Source: Promethearchaeati archaeon (GTDB lineage Archaea; Asgardarchaeota; Heimdallarchaeia; JABLTI01). From it: a DNA stretch of 27,523 nucleotides. The stretch lies in the NCBI GenBank assembly GCA_013166835.1, contig JABLTI010000028.1:1-27523 (forward strand), in the 5' to 3' direction. The notes beneath the pieces are model-generated. The model searched no databases, was not told the DNA's origin, and saw nothing but the letters and a program-made list of their open reading frames with translations. Below, piece after piece: positions 9,062 through 18,655 of this stretch; within the stretch, counting starts at the first letter, position 1; each line of letters starts with the position of its first letter. A program made the translations under genes and the position numbers.

Positions 9062-10318
9062 CTATTCGATGTCGAGTTTTGTTTTTGATTTGTAGACCAT
9101 AATTACTACAATGACAACAACAATGATCAATAGAGTTGAAGACAGAACCCAAGCCCACCAATAACCTGTGCCAAAGATGAGTCTTTCCCAAGTATTGAGC
9201 CAATCTTGGTAGTTTTCTCCGACATATTGGGAAGTCACTAAATCATTGAGTATTGTAACATTCTCTGTAGTAATTGCATAATCATAGCTGGGCGGTAACT
9301 CCACATCTGTATTTACTGGAAACATCCAATTGTTTGTTGCAAGCAATTCTTGAACTTCGCTACTTAGCGCATAATCCACATAGGTTTTCGCTAAGGTCTC
9401 ATTTGTTGTTCCCTCAACTATACCGATTCCTTCTATTTGCATCCAACTATATTCTTGCGAGTTATGTGATATGATAGCAGCATTTTGCTCGAAACTATAA
9501 TTGAAATAAGCATTATAGGCAGGATCAGTTCCGTAGGAAACCATCATGTGATCTTCTTTTGTGTCAAAAACTCTTGCCCAGGTGTCTGACCAGCTTTTGT
9601 CAATGGAAACAACACCTCGAGCGGATTCCCACCAGGTTTTCCAATCCAAACCAAGTACTTGTTCATAAAAGATAATTTGATACAAGAGAAAATTAATGCC
9701 AGTAGCACTTAGAGTTGGATCTTGTAACGCAAAATCATCTCCGAATGTTGTTATAAGTTCATCAAATGATAAATCGAGGATTTCAGGATAACTTGTCGTT
9801 GTAATAAACTCGGTATCAAAGATTAGTGCAATTAGACCGTAATCCATGGGTAAAAGGTATTTTTCAGGATCTAAAGCAGAAATAAGTGAAGCAGGAATAC
9901 CAGTTATATTGACACCAGATGTTATTGGTTTCAGAATTCCCTCATCTTTAGCTCGATTAATCATAATTGAATCTAAGCCAATAACAACATCAGCTTGAGG
10001 GTTGGATTTCTGATTGATAAGAGTGTTTAGTGCATCAACCATACCACTGAATTCTTGAACTCTTACAGTAACTCCATGAGCAACACCAAACGCTTGAAAA
10101 GCTTTGTCACGGGCTGCAACTGGGTCAAGACCCCATGCTATGAAACTATCTGGAATATAAATGACAAGTTCTCCATCTGCATTAGGATTGTAAATATAAG
10201 TTTTAAAACTTGGATTTATGCTTTGACAAAATTTTAAATTATCAGAAGTTGCTCCAAGAAAAGGTGTGAAAACTAATAATGAAATAAGTAGTATTATTCG
10301 TATTTTCTTAATTCGCAT
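9062..10318 (-). CDS. thiB: Thiamine ABC transporter substrate-binding protein (ThiB/TbpA family) with signal peptide and C-terminal membrane anchor
   Basis: Y.PDSF..WG, ADVVIGLD, PMDYG, QDPTLSATG, SWSDTW, SYGTDPAY, QIEG and NWMFPV match ThiB motifs. N-terminal basic and hydrophobic signal. C-terminal TM helix WWAWVLSSTLLIIVVVIVVIMVY. Confidence 0.85.
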   Translation of the reverse strand: MRIKKIRIILLISLLVFTPFLGATSDNLKFCQSINPSFKTYIYNPNADGELVIYIPDSFIAWGLDPVAARDKAFQAFGVAHGVTVRVQEFSGMVDALNTLINQKSNPQADVVIGLDSIMINRAKDEGILKPITSGVNITGIPASLISALDPEKYLLPMDYGLIALIFDTEFITTTSYPEILDLSFDELITTFGDDFALQDPTLSATGINFLLYQIIFYEQVLGLDWKTWWESARGVVSIDKSWSDTWARVFDTKEDHMMVSYGTDPAYNAYFNYSFEQNAAIISHNSQEYSWMQIEGIGIVEGTTNETLAKTYVDYALSSEVQELLATNNWMFPVNTDVELPPSYDYAITTENVTILNDLVTSQYVGENYQDWLNTWERLIFGTGYWWAWVLSSTLLIIVVVIVVIMVYKSKTKLDIE

Positions 10319-10335
10319 CTACTTATTACCTCGAT

Positions 10336-10355
10336 TGTGATAATATTTTATCATA
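10336..10355. promoter_or_regulatory. Palindrome TGATAA-N4-TTATCA just upstream of thiB (candidate operator)
   Basis: TGATAA(10338-10343)/TTATCA(10348-10353), about 20 nt before the start and next to the GAGG RBS. Confidence 0.45.
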
Positions 10356-10420
10356 CATGCATATAACTCATTAATTTTTATCAATATAAAATTACTTATA
10401 ATAATTCCAAAATAAGTAAA

Positions 10421-11473
10421 CTATAAAATAACTTTAGAAAATAACTCATGAATGCTTTTTTCATACGCTTTGATTTCTTCAGGTGTACTAGAATTGACAG
10501 ACCAATTCCAAGAACCAATCATATATAGTAACCAAACAAAATCAAGCAATTCATCCTGTAAATCTGCTAATTGTTTCCTGTAAGAAGTCTGATAACCCGC
10601 TAATAATTCTTTATGAACTTCTTCTTGATTCAAATCAAGATGGGTAATTATTTTACTCTCATCTAGTGATGGAAAAACACTGAAATAAAAGCCAGCTTTA
10701 GTTAAATGAAAATCAAAGCTTGGAGAACCTGCATAAGACCATTCGAAATCGATGATACCAGTAATTTTTCCGTTTTTTACGAGTATATTTGTTGGCTGTA
10801 TATCCGAATGGACAAAACAACCATTTTTGTTAGGTTCTTCTATTCTTTCTGATAATTCATTAATTTTCCATTCCAAGGGTTTTCGATAATTCGGAAAGCT
10901 TGTTTGATCAACCCAATTAAGCATATCATAACAAAAAGCTTTGAAACAAGATGCCCAATTTGTAAATTGTTTTCCCCAAAAATAATTAGAAGATTTCCTG
11001 GAATTGTTTTCTTGCTTCACGCAAAAGTCTCCATAATGATTAAAGGTTATAGTATGTAACTCACCAAGATGAAAACCAATTTTTCTTACGATTGAAAGAA
11101 ATTCTTTTTTTGTTATGAGATTTTGTTCAACTATTTCTCTCAAATCTTTTCCAGGAAGTTTTTCAAGAATCAAATAAGAAAATGGATTGTTATCGTCTAT
11201 TATCTGATCAGCAATAACTTGAGGTAAAGGGATGGTGGTGTTTTTCTCTGCTATGGTCATTGCTTTTAGCTCTCGAGTTTGCTTTAAAGGCCATTCTGGA
11301 TTGTTTATTTTAAGAATATAGGATTCATTATTAGATAGTTTAAATTCATAAACTGGATTAACAAAGGATTTCTTAATTTCACTTATTCTTTTTGATTTCT
11401 CATTTGGAAAATGATCTAGGATAATCTTCTGTATTTGTTTTTCTGATAAGGGAATTTGTGATTTATAGGGCAT
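10421..11473 (-). CDS. Aminoglycoside phosphotransferase / choline kinase family protein
   Basis: YILKI, LPQVI, YLILEKLPG, Brenner motif HSDIQPTNILV and IIDFE. Confidence 0.88.
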   Translation of the reverse strand: MPYKSQIPLSEKQIQKIILDHFPNEKSKRISEIKKSFVNPVYEFKLSNNESYILKINNPEWPLKQTRELKAMTIAEKNTTIPLPQVIADQIIDDNNPFSYLILEKLPGKDLREIVEQNLITKKEFLSIVRKIGFHLGELHTITFNHYGDFCVKQENNSRKSSNYFWGKQFTNWASCFKAFCYDMLNWVDQTSFPNYRKPLEWKINELSERIEEPNKNGCFVHSDIQPTNILVKNGKITGIIDFEWSYAGSPSFDFHLTKAGFYFSVFPSLDESKIITHLDLNQEEVHKELLAGYQTSYRKQLADLQDELLDFVWLLYMIGSWNWSVNSSTPEEIKAYEKSIHELFSKVIL

Positions 11474-11577
11474 CGTAATTCAACTTGGGATTATATAGTA
11501 GATTAAAGTGCTAGGATAGTAAGCTAAACTCATACATAACTATTTTCTGTTTTGAAAAACCAATGTGGAAATCAGAA

Positions 11578-12282
11578 TTACTCTTGTTCAGATGCAGTTT
11601 CTTTTTTCTTAAAAAGAGGAGAAAAAAAGAACATCTTCTCTTCAGTTCCTTTGTAGATACCAAAGAAATATGGGACAAATCGAGGTACTTGTATTAATGC
11701 AACAGTAAGAACCATAACTGGAATTGTAACCATAGCAATCTCACTAGTTAATAATGGACCGAAATTCCTCCAATAGAAAGGCCATTCTATAATTAATCCG
11801 AAAGCACCAGTTGCGGTAATCGCTATTAATTGCATTGGTCTAATATATTTGAATATCAAAGTAAGGAGAAAGACAAATACTCCCCACTCTAAGACCATCC
11901 AGGGATTATAAATAAACATGAAACCAAAAATGGTGGAGTAACCATTACCACCTTTAAATCTAAAGAAGATAGGATAACAATGACCAAGTAAAGCAAAGGT
12001 TGCAGCTAAACCGACAGCCCAACTTTGTTGCTCCTTAAAATTCACATTGGTTGCAATAATTGCAGGTATAAGACCTTTTGTTGTATCTAGTAGCATAACA
12101 AGTATACCATATTTCTTCCCCAGGTTTCGTCCTGTGTTGAAAGCACCCGGATTACTATCACCAATTTGTCTAATATCTTGTTTTTCTTTTAACCAATTAA
12201 TAACAATAGCCCAGCAGATAGAGCCATAAAGATAAGATCCAAGGGCTATAAATATGAGCCCACTAACAATAGCAGGATCCAT
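11578..12282 (-). CDS. plsY: PlsY-family glycerol-3-phosphate acyltransferase homolog (divergent motif 3)
   Basis: YLYGSI, DIRQIGDSNPGAFNTGR, LLDTTKG, LLGHCYPIFFRFKGGNG and KGTEEK. Multiple TM helices. Confidence 0.85.
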   Translation of the reverse strand: MDPAIVSGLIFIALGSYLYGSICWAIVINWLKEKQDIRQIGDSNPGAFNTGRNLGKKYGILVMLLDTTKGLIPAIIATNVNFKEQQSWAVGLAATFALLGHCYPIFFRFKGGNGYSTIFGFMFIYNPWMVLEWGVFVFLLTLIFKYIRPMQLIAITATGAFGLIIEWPFYWRNFGPLLTSEIAMVTIPVMVLTVALIQVPRFVPYFFGIYKGTEEKMFFFSPLFKKKETASEQE

Positions 12283-12362
12283 TTGATGACCTTCTTCTAA
12301 TGTAATTATTCACTTTCCTCTATGTAATTTTTCCTCTTTTACAGTCAAATTGTATATCATTT

Positions 12363-13394
12363 TTACTGGAACTTCTTGTTTTCTTGCTCCTTGAACCAAG
12401 CAAGAGTTCGCTCAAAAGCTTCTTCTTTAGATACAATTGGTTCATATCCAAAATCCCGAGTTGCTTTATCATGAATAAATGTATGGTCTATGCATGTTTG
12501 GATTACAGAGAAACGATTGAAATTTGATTTAGGACTAAAAATTTCAGCGATAGTAGCAAGAAAATATGCAAGACGATATGGAATAGCTCGCTTTGGTAAG
12601 GGTAAACCTAATCCTTCCAAAAAGGGTTCCATAAAAGTAAAGAGATTATCTGCAGGTTGATGATCACATACAAAATAACTTTGTCCACATACTGGAGAAC
12701 CAGGTTTGAGATTTTTAGCTGCAAGAACATGAGCATGTGCAGCATTTTCGGAATAAACATGACTAAACTTTGCTGAACCATCTCCAAGTTTAATATTATT
12801 GTTGCTCTTTGCTACCTTGATGATATTTGCTATGTGATACATATCTCTTGGACCATACATGCCAACTGGTCTTAGAGAACAAGTAAGTAATTCAGGGGAG
12901 TTTGCAGCAATAACCATTTGTTCTGCAATAATTTTTGTTCTAGAATAATGATCTTTTGGCAACTTTTTCGGATATGGTAAGGATTCATCACCGTAAACAA
13001 TGGGTTTCTTACCATCAACCACAACATCCAATGTACTCGAGTAAACTAATTTGGAAATGCCAAGTTCCTTACAAACTTCAATAACATTCTTGTTTCCAGT
13101 AATGTTAACATCATCGTAGATTTTTGCAGGGAGTTTTGGAGCCCATACTGCAGCTGCAGTTTGAAAAACAATGTCGATATTTTCGCAAGCATTTCGAACA
13201 TTTTCCTTATTACAAATATCGCCTAAAATAAAATCCACATCATCATTTTTTTCCTGAAGCGGTTGGATATCTAAAACTCGAACATATTTTCCTTTATTTT
13301 GTAGTTGCTTAACAATTTCATAGCCAAGCATGCCAGATCCTCCGATGACCAAGCATCTTTTAAAATCATCTTCTTTCGATTTATTTTTTGCCAT
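12363..13394 (-). CDS. Extended SDR, 3-beta-hydroxysteroid dehydrogenase/NSDHL-like NAD-dependent epimerase/dehydratase
   Basis: GGSGMLG, VFQTAA, VNITG, LVYSST, YSRTK catalytic motif, LRPVGMYGPRD, YSENAAHAH and KATRDFGYEP. Confidence 0.85.
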   Translation of the reverse strand: MAKNKSKEDDFKRCLVIGGSGMLGYEIVKQLQNKGKYVRVLDIQPLQEKNDDVDFILGDICNKENVRNACENIDIVFQTAAAVWAPKLPAKIYDDVNITGNKNVIEVCKELGISKLVYSSTLDVVVDGKKPIVYGDESLPYPKKLPKDHYSRTKIIAEQMVIAANSPELLTCSLRPVGMYGPRDMYHIANIIKVAKSNNNIKLGDGSAKFSHVYSENAAHAHVLAAKNLKPGSPVCGQSYFVCDHQPADNLFTFMEPFLEGLGLPLPKRAIPYRLAYFLATIAEIFSPKSNFNRFSVIQTCIDHTFIHDKATRDFGYEPIVSKEEAFERTLAWFKEQENKKFQ

Positions 13395-13422
13395 TTGTTA
13401 TTTCTCCTGTTTTTATATTATC

Positions 13423-13680
13423 CTACCAAGTAACTTGGATTGCTTTTCCTGGACATGACTCTACACACTTCATACATCTCGTACAAAGAGATGGATAGAG
13501 AGGTGTAACTCGCCAAATCTGTGGATCATAGGGATTTTCTTCTTCAACACCAAATGATTCATGGAGGAGGAAGAGTGCAGGTTCACAGACTTTAAGACAT
13601 CTCAAACACTCACGAGGATCAATTTCATTACCATCTCCACAAATAGAATAATCAATTTTGATTTTGGTTTTTTTGCCCAA
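13423..13680 (-). CDS. Small ferredoxin-like 4Fe-4S protein (85 aa)
   Basis: Start reassigned to TTG 13680 (MGKKTKIKIDYSICGDG) after a GGAAGTG RBS. Motifs C..CLRCLKVCE and CTRCMKCVESCP. Confidence 0.8.
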   Translation of the reverse strand: MGKKTKIKIDYSICGDGNEIDPRECLRCLKVCEPALFLLHESFGVEEENPYDPQIWRVTPLYPSLCTRCMKCVESCPGKAIQVTW

Positions 13681-13691
13681 CGAAACACTTC

Positions 13692-14561
13692 CTAATAGAT
13701 TCCTTTCAACTCTGGAAAATCTTTTCGCGGGTGAATTCCTATAGCATCGTATTTGCAGGCATGTAAACAAACCCCGCAACCAAAACATTTCGATTTATCT
13801 ATCACTGATTGATTTCTGATGTGATCAAAATTTATGGCATCAAATTGACATTTTGCTATACAACTTTTGCATCCCGTACACAGATCTGATTTTATGTCAA
13901 CAACATATTCAGCTTTGTAAATCGAATTTATACCGAAATCTAAACGAGGTCGTATCCCTGCACATTCAGGATTAGCGCATGAACATAAATTATTGATATA
14001 TGGATATGGTCCATACCAGATAGTTCCAATATACCCTTTCTCATTATGTTCTTTGAATCGTTCAATTGCTTCTTCTCGAGTTAATTGGAATTTTTCATCG
14101 ACAGGAATAAAACGAGGGAGTTTCTCGATGATTTCTGACATTACTCCAAAATTAATGCAGCAAGCATCTTTTTCTCCTCGATGCATATACCGACACATAC
14201 AATATTTCTGGATAATTGGTTCCATAGCACAGTGCTCTAGAATAGCGATTGCATCATCTAAAGGAACAACTTGACCAATATGGCCTTCAGCTTTAAATGG
14301 ATTCGTTGGAGGTTTTGTACTATGAAGCATTTGCTCAGCTATACGTTTTACAATACGACCAATAATCGGCATTTGGATCTTATAACCAAGACCAACACCA
14401 TTAAAACCAGCAATTTTTCGAACAGCAATTTGTTCAAAATTCTTATATTGCTCCATTAAGAATTCGCGGAGATTATATTCTTCTACAATTTCATAAGAAT
14501 AATTTCTTGCATTAAGATACCACTTTCCTGCGGTACCATGTTTTAAACAATGATCACACAT
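13692..14561 (-). CDS. Cys-rich 4Fe-4S dicluster domain protein
   Basis: N-terminal CDHC..HG..GKWY, internal CMCR, CC and LCSC...C, and C-terminal CTGCKSCIAKC and CFGCGVCLHAC ferredoxin motifs. Confidence 0.85.
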   Translation of the reverse strand: MCDHCLKHGTAGKWYLNARNYSYEIVEEYNLREFLMEQYKNFEQIAVRKIAGFNGVGLGYKIQMPIIGRIVKRIAEQMLHSTKPPTNPFKAEGHIGQVVPLDDAIAILEHCAMEPIIQKYCMCRYMHRGEKDACCINFGVMSEIIEKLPRFIPVDEKFQLTREEAIERFKEHNEKGYIGTIWYGPYPYINNLCSCANPECAGIRPRLDFGINSIYKAEYVVDIKSDLCTGCKSCIAKCQFDAINFDHIRNQSVIDKSKCFGCGVCLHACKYDAIGIHPRKDFPELKGIY

Positions 14562-14674
14562 AGTTGTGCACCGGTACAGATAGTTATGATAGTATAATAT
14601 ATTCTAATAGATGGTAATTTGCTAGCTATTTTATATCGAACTTATTTAAAGATTTAGCAGATAATCAGTGATTT

Positions 14675-16213
14675 CTATTTTGCTAATTCAATATCTTCTT
14701 TGTTATTTGAGTTTGAGTTGTTATTATGCCAGGTTTCTGGACCACGAAGTGCTGAGAGAATTATTGCTATAATCATGAAAACACCGAGAATACCAAATAG
14801 TATTTTTACTGTTGGAATATAATTCACATTCGCTAATTCATCTGGATTACCCGTACTTTGCATAACCAAATTAAGAATTAAGTAGAAAATGGTCGTGGAT
14901 AGTGCTGTTCCGATTGTATAACCAATATTTCTTGCCAATTGTAGGAAACCACTAACAACACCCAATTCATCTTTTGGTACACTCGACATTACAGAATTGC
15001 TATTCGGAGAGGTAAAAGTTCCAATAGCTAGACCGATTATTGCAGCTATTATTACATAAAACCACAATGGGGATTCAAATTTGATTAAGAGTGAACCAAT
15101 AAGCAAAGCAAGAAATATCGCTCCTAAACCGATAGAAGATAAAATTCTCGAGTCAACTTTACTAGATATTTTGCCAAAAATGGGTGCAGTAATCCCTAAA
15201 CCAATAGGCACAGCTATAATAACTGCACCAATTTTTAACGTAGAATAATTAAGGATATCATTCAAATAGAAAGGAAGTTGAAATGCAACCGAATTCAACG
15301 CAATATACGTAGCTAATGCACACAAAGTACCAATTGTGAATTTCCGGTTTTTAAATAACTTAAGTTTAATGAACGGATATTCTACACGCCGCTCCCAAAG
15401 AATGAATCCAGCTAATAAAAGAATACTGACAATGAAACTTATTCCAGACCACATCATTGGACGACTTATTGTTGTTTCAGCAAACAATGTGATACTTGTA
15501 ATGAAAGCAGTCATGAAAGCTGCAAATATGATTGAACCAAAAGGATCTCCTTTCTGATGTCCTTTTTCTAAAGATGGAGTTGCTGGAACAGCAAATTGAA
15601 CATAAATAAAACCAATGACTCCTATCGGTACATTAATCCAGAAAACACTTGCCCAACCAAGATACTGAATCATCACACCACCTAGAGCAGGACCTATAAC
15701 CACACCTAATGCTGCAAGTAAAGCAGTTAATCCAATAGCTAGACCTCTCTTCTCATCATCTGTGAAACGTGTAATAATTGCATTTCCATTTGCTAAAAGA
15801 GCAGCTCCTCCCACACCTTGAACGGCTCTTGCCAGAATTAACAAATATAGATGATCAGAATAACCGGTTAATGCACAGAATAAGGATCCAACAGCAAAAA
15901 TAACCATTCCTACTTGAAAAACTGTTTTAGTACTAAATCTATCACCTAAATGACCTGAACCAGCTGTTAAAGCAACAATTACAAGTAAATAGACTAAAAC
16001 AGTCCACTGCACATGAAGCTTGTCAGTTCCAAAAAAAACAGCAATTTTAGGAATGCCCACAGTCATGACAGATTCATCCAAAGCACTCATAAATATACCA
16101 ATGCCAATGGAACTAACAAGAACTCCAGTTCTTACTGGTTGGCTTTGCTTGTCTTTCTCATCAATTGATGAATTATATGTTAAGTTCGTTGTATTATCTT
16201 CTGCTTTCGCCAA
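14675..16213 (-). CDS. MFS transporter, DHA2 (EmrB/QacA) 14-TM family
   Basis: FMSALDESV, WTVLVYLL, GHLGDRF, ARAVQGVGGA, GPALGG, WASVFWINVPIG and R.IG..IGTAL. Confidence 0.92.
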   Translation of the reverse strand: MAKAEDNTTNLTYNSSIDEKDKQSQPVRTGVLVSSIGIGIFMSALDESVMTVGIPKIAVFFGTDKLHVQWTVLVYLLVIVALTAGSGHLGDRFSTKTVFQVGMVIFAVGSLFCALTGYSDHLYLLILARAVQGVGGAALLANGNAIITRFTDDEKRGLAIGLTALLAALGVVIGPALGGVMIQYLGWASVFWINVPIGVIGFIYVQFAVPATPSLEKGHQKGDPFGSIIFAAFMTAFITSITLFAETTISRPMMWSGISFIVSILLLAGFILWERRVEYPFIKLKLFKNRKFTIGTLCALATYIALNSVAFQLPFYLNDILNYSTLKIGAVIIAVPIGLGITAPIFGKISSKVDSRILSSIGLGAIFLALLIGSLLIKFESPLWFYVIIAAIIGLAIGTFTSPNSNSVMSSVPKDELGVVSGFLQLARNIGYTIGTALSTTIFYLILNLVMQSTGNPDELANVNYIPTVKILFGILGVFMIIAIILSALRGPETWHNNNSNSNNKEDIELAK

Positions 16214-16445
16214 TTTTAATCACTGGATATAAACCAATGATAGATTATGTCAGTAGATTATAAGTTTTTATTATGATGATTTTTCACAGCTAAAATTAGA
16301 AAGTTACGAAAAAAAAAAGAAAATATATCTTAGAATCAAAGAAATTTTTCCGCGTAACCTTTTTGAACGTTCTTTCTATAATAGAAATGGTTAAGCTAAT
16401 CGAAAATATTAGCTAATTAATAACAGCTATACAGGAGCTCTGGAC

Positions 16446-17600
16446 TTGGCCGAGTCAGAAAAATTTGAGAAAAAAGAAGCAGGCGATAAAGAAGAGGAAT
16501 TAACTAAAGCAGAAAAGAGAACATTAAGACAAGAGAAACGAGCAGAAAAAAGGCAAAAACGCGAAGAGAGACGAAAGAACCGCAAGAAATGGCATATCTT
16601 AAGCATTCTTCGAGGGATTTGGCTATTCTTTCTTTATTTATTCAAGTTTCTCTACTTTCCATATGTTTATGCTTTCTGGAAGATAAGAGACACCTTTAAA
16701 TTCCTAGGTCAAAATGATCCAGAAGATTTAGAGGGAGATTTAATATCAGAAGAAGATAATGATGTTATTCCGGAAGGGTACCTGGATGAGAAAGGATTCC
16801 TGAGATCTCTACCTATGTTTTACTTCATAGCCGGAGCACTTGGAGGAATTCTTGCTATTTTCCTTGTATTTGATTTCATGCAGCCAGTTTGGGATGCTAT
16901 AAAGAATTTCTTTGTCAACTTTGATTGGGCTACATTTTGGGCAGATATTGGAAATATACTGAAAATCATCTTTGTTGATGGTATTTGGTTTGCTATTAAG
17001 ACTTCTGCTATATGGATAGGGGATGGTATAGTCTGGTTATTTACAGGTGGAAGATTTTGGATTCCACTCACAGTACTAATTGTAATTGGTGTTGTAATAA
17101 TCATACTTGCAGTAATTTTCAGTGAAGTGGAATTTTCTGGAAAAATCATCCAAAAGATTAAAGCGTTTTTCAAATCCATTTTTACATTTCCAAGAGTAAT
17201 CGGACGTTGGCTTAAGAAAGCGTATCTCTGGTGGCAACTGATGATTTCAAGATTCACCTTTGGAGAGAAGAAACTAAAATACTTCAAAAAGAGATTCTTC
17301 TATCGGGTAGTCATTTACAGTTCAGTAATAACATTGTGGATTATTATTAGTGTCTTCACAACAGTTCTTGTAACAGAATTACTAGGTGTAGATGTTAGGC
17401 ATCAATTAGTTTATCCAATAGGTTTAGTCATGATAGGAATCGTCAACGGTGTTATCATTCTTGCATTCCTCTCTTGGTTCGTAGGAATTTTAAGCGGTGA
17501 GAAATATGTCGTAGATCTAGATGCTTATCATAAATACGAAGAAGAAAAGAAGAAGGCAAAACTTGAAAAGAAGAATAAGAAGAAAAAACCTACAACGTAA
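16446..17600 (+). CDS. Hypothetical integral membrane protein with highly charged termini
   Basis: AGGAG RBS before the TTG start, several hydrophobic and amphipathic helices, E/K/R-rich N-terminus and K-rich C-terminus. Confidence 0.75.
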   Translation: MAESEKFEKKEAGDKEEELTKAEKRTLRQEKRAEKRQKREERRKNRKKWHILSILRGIWLFFLYLFKFLYFPYVYAFWKIRDTFKFLGQNDPEDLEGDLISEEDNDVIPEGYLDEKGFLRSLPMFYFIAGALGGILAIFLVFDFMQPVWDAIKNFFVNFDWATFWADIGNILKIIFVDGIWFAIKTSAIWIGDGIVWLFTGGRFWIPLTVLIVIGVVIIILAVIFSEVEFSGKIIQKIKAFFKSIFTFPRVIGRWLKKAYLWWQLMISRFTFGEKKLKYFKKRFFYRVVIYSSVITLWIIISVFTTVLVTELLGVDVRHQLVYPIGLVMIGIVNGVIILAFLSWFVGILSGEKYVVDLDAYHKYEEEKKKAKLEKKNKKKKPTT

Positions 17601-17737
17601 ACAAGTTTTTTCTTTCTCTTTCATTTTTTATTTATTCAGCCTGATGTGCATTATTTAAGTCTTTTCTTAAAAAATGAGGGAAAATTCTCAAAAGAATGAG
17701 AGGATTTATAACATATTTTCAAGAAAAAGAATATACT

Positions 17738-18628
17738 ATGTCAGATTACGAGATAAAAATTTACGAAAAAGGCTTCGAGGATGCTCAAGCAAAATTAGGT
17801 ACAAACGTAACACAGGATTGGACTGACTTCGGACAAACAACAGCAGAACAATTGAAAGTATACTATACTCGAGACGATTTCGACCCTGAAACCAGACTCT
17901 ATGCATTCAAAGATGGAGAACTAGTTAGTTTTATTGTTTCTAGAATTCTTCCAGATGCAGAAGATGGTATAAAGAGAGCTCAACACGACTTTCCACTTTA
18001 TACTAAAGGAAATGAGAAGGCAGCAGAACTACTGTATGAAAAAGCAGTAAAGGTGTTGAAGAAAAAAGGCGTGCAAGTTTTAGAAGCTCGAGTAGGCAAG
18101 GGTTGGCTTGGTACATTAGATTTAGCTGAAAAATACGGTTACAAAAAAGCCAGAGTTTCATTCATGAGAATCGAACTTGAACTTGATGATATAGAAGTCA
18201 AAGATACTGAAGTAAAATACGAGAACTTTGATCCAGAAAAAGACAAAGAACAAATAATTCAAATGTTCAAAGATCGTTTTAATTTCACAGATGAACAAGC
18301 AGAAACCAATTTCGATGGTATTGTGAATCCACCAGAAGGTTGGTATGCAATGCCAATTCTTCGCGAGGGTGATAAGATCATCTCACGTGGACTCCTTTAT
18401 ATTCAACCAGAACCAAATCAAGAAAACGCAATATTTAGATCACTAATCCCTGACCCAGAAAAACACTTTGATTCCTATTTAAGCATGATTACTAAAATTG
18501 CTAAGGAAAAAGGAGCAAAGAGATTCCAACTTTATTTGGGTGGTCCAAATCTAGAACAGAAAGACTTCTTCAAATCTGTTGGATTTGATGTCAAAGGAAA
18601 AGTATTGATTTTTGAAAAAGAGATCTAA
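17738..18628 (+). CDS. Probable tandem GNAT-fold acetyltransferase-like protein
   Basis: Two halves ending in AEKYGY and FFKSVGF (GNAT motif B-like). Start taken as ATG 17738 (MSDYEIKIYEKG). Confidence 0.65.
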   Translation: MSDYEIKIYEKGFEDAQAKLGTNVTQDWTDFGQTTAEQLKVYYTRDDFDPETRLYAFKDGELVSFIVSRILPDAEDGIKRAQHDFPLYTKGNEKAAELLYEKAVKVLKKKGVQVLEARVGKGWLGTLDLAEKYGYKKARVSFMRIELELDDIEVKDTEVKYENFDPEKDKEQIIQMFKDRFNFTDEQAETNFDGIVNPPEGWYAMPILREGDKIISRGLLYIQPEPNQENAIFRSLIPDPEKHFDSYLSMITKIAKEKGAKRFQLYLGGPNLEQKDFFKSVGFDVKGKVLIFEKEI

Positions 18629-18655
18629 ATTAGATCTCATATTTCTTTCTTTTTT
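18620..18655 (+). terminator. Palindrome GAGATCTAA-A-TTAGATCTC plus T-tract between convergent genes
   Basis: Perfect 9-bp arms (18620-18628/18630-18638) overlapping the stop codon, followed by a T-rich run (TTTCTTTCTTTTT). Confidence 0.5.

Noticed and set aside
10319-10420. TPP riboswitch upstream of thiB
   Set aside because: The region is very AT-rich and lacks the CTGAGA and GATAAT..CAGCG-type conserved cores with pairing stems.
13681-13788. N-terminal extension of the small ferredoxin ORF
   Set aside because: Overlaps the upstream 4Fe-4S gene in another frame. TTG 13680 with an RBS is more plausible.
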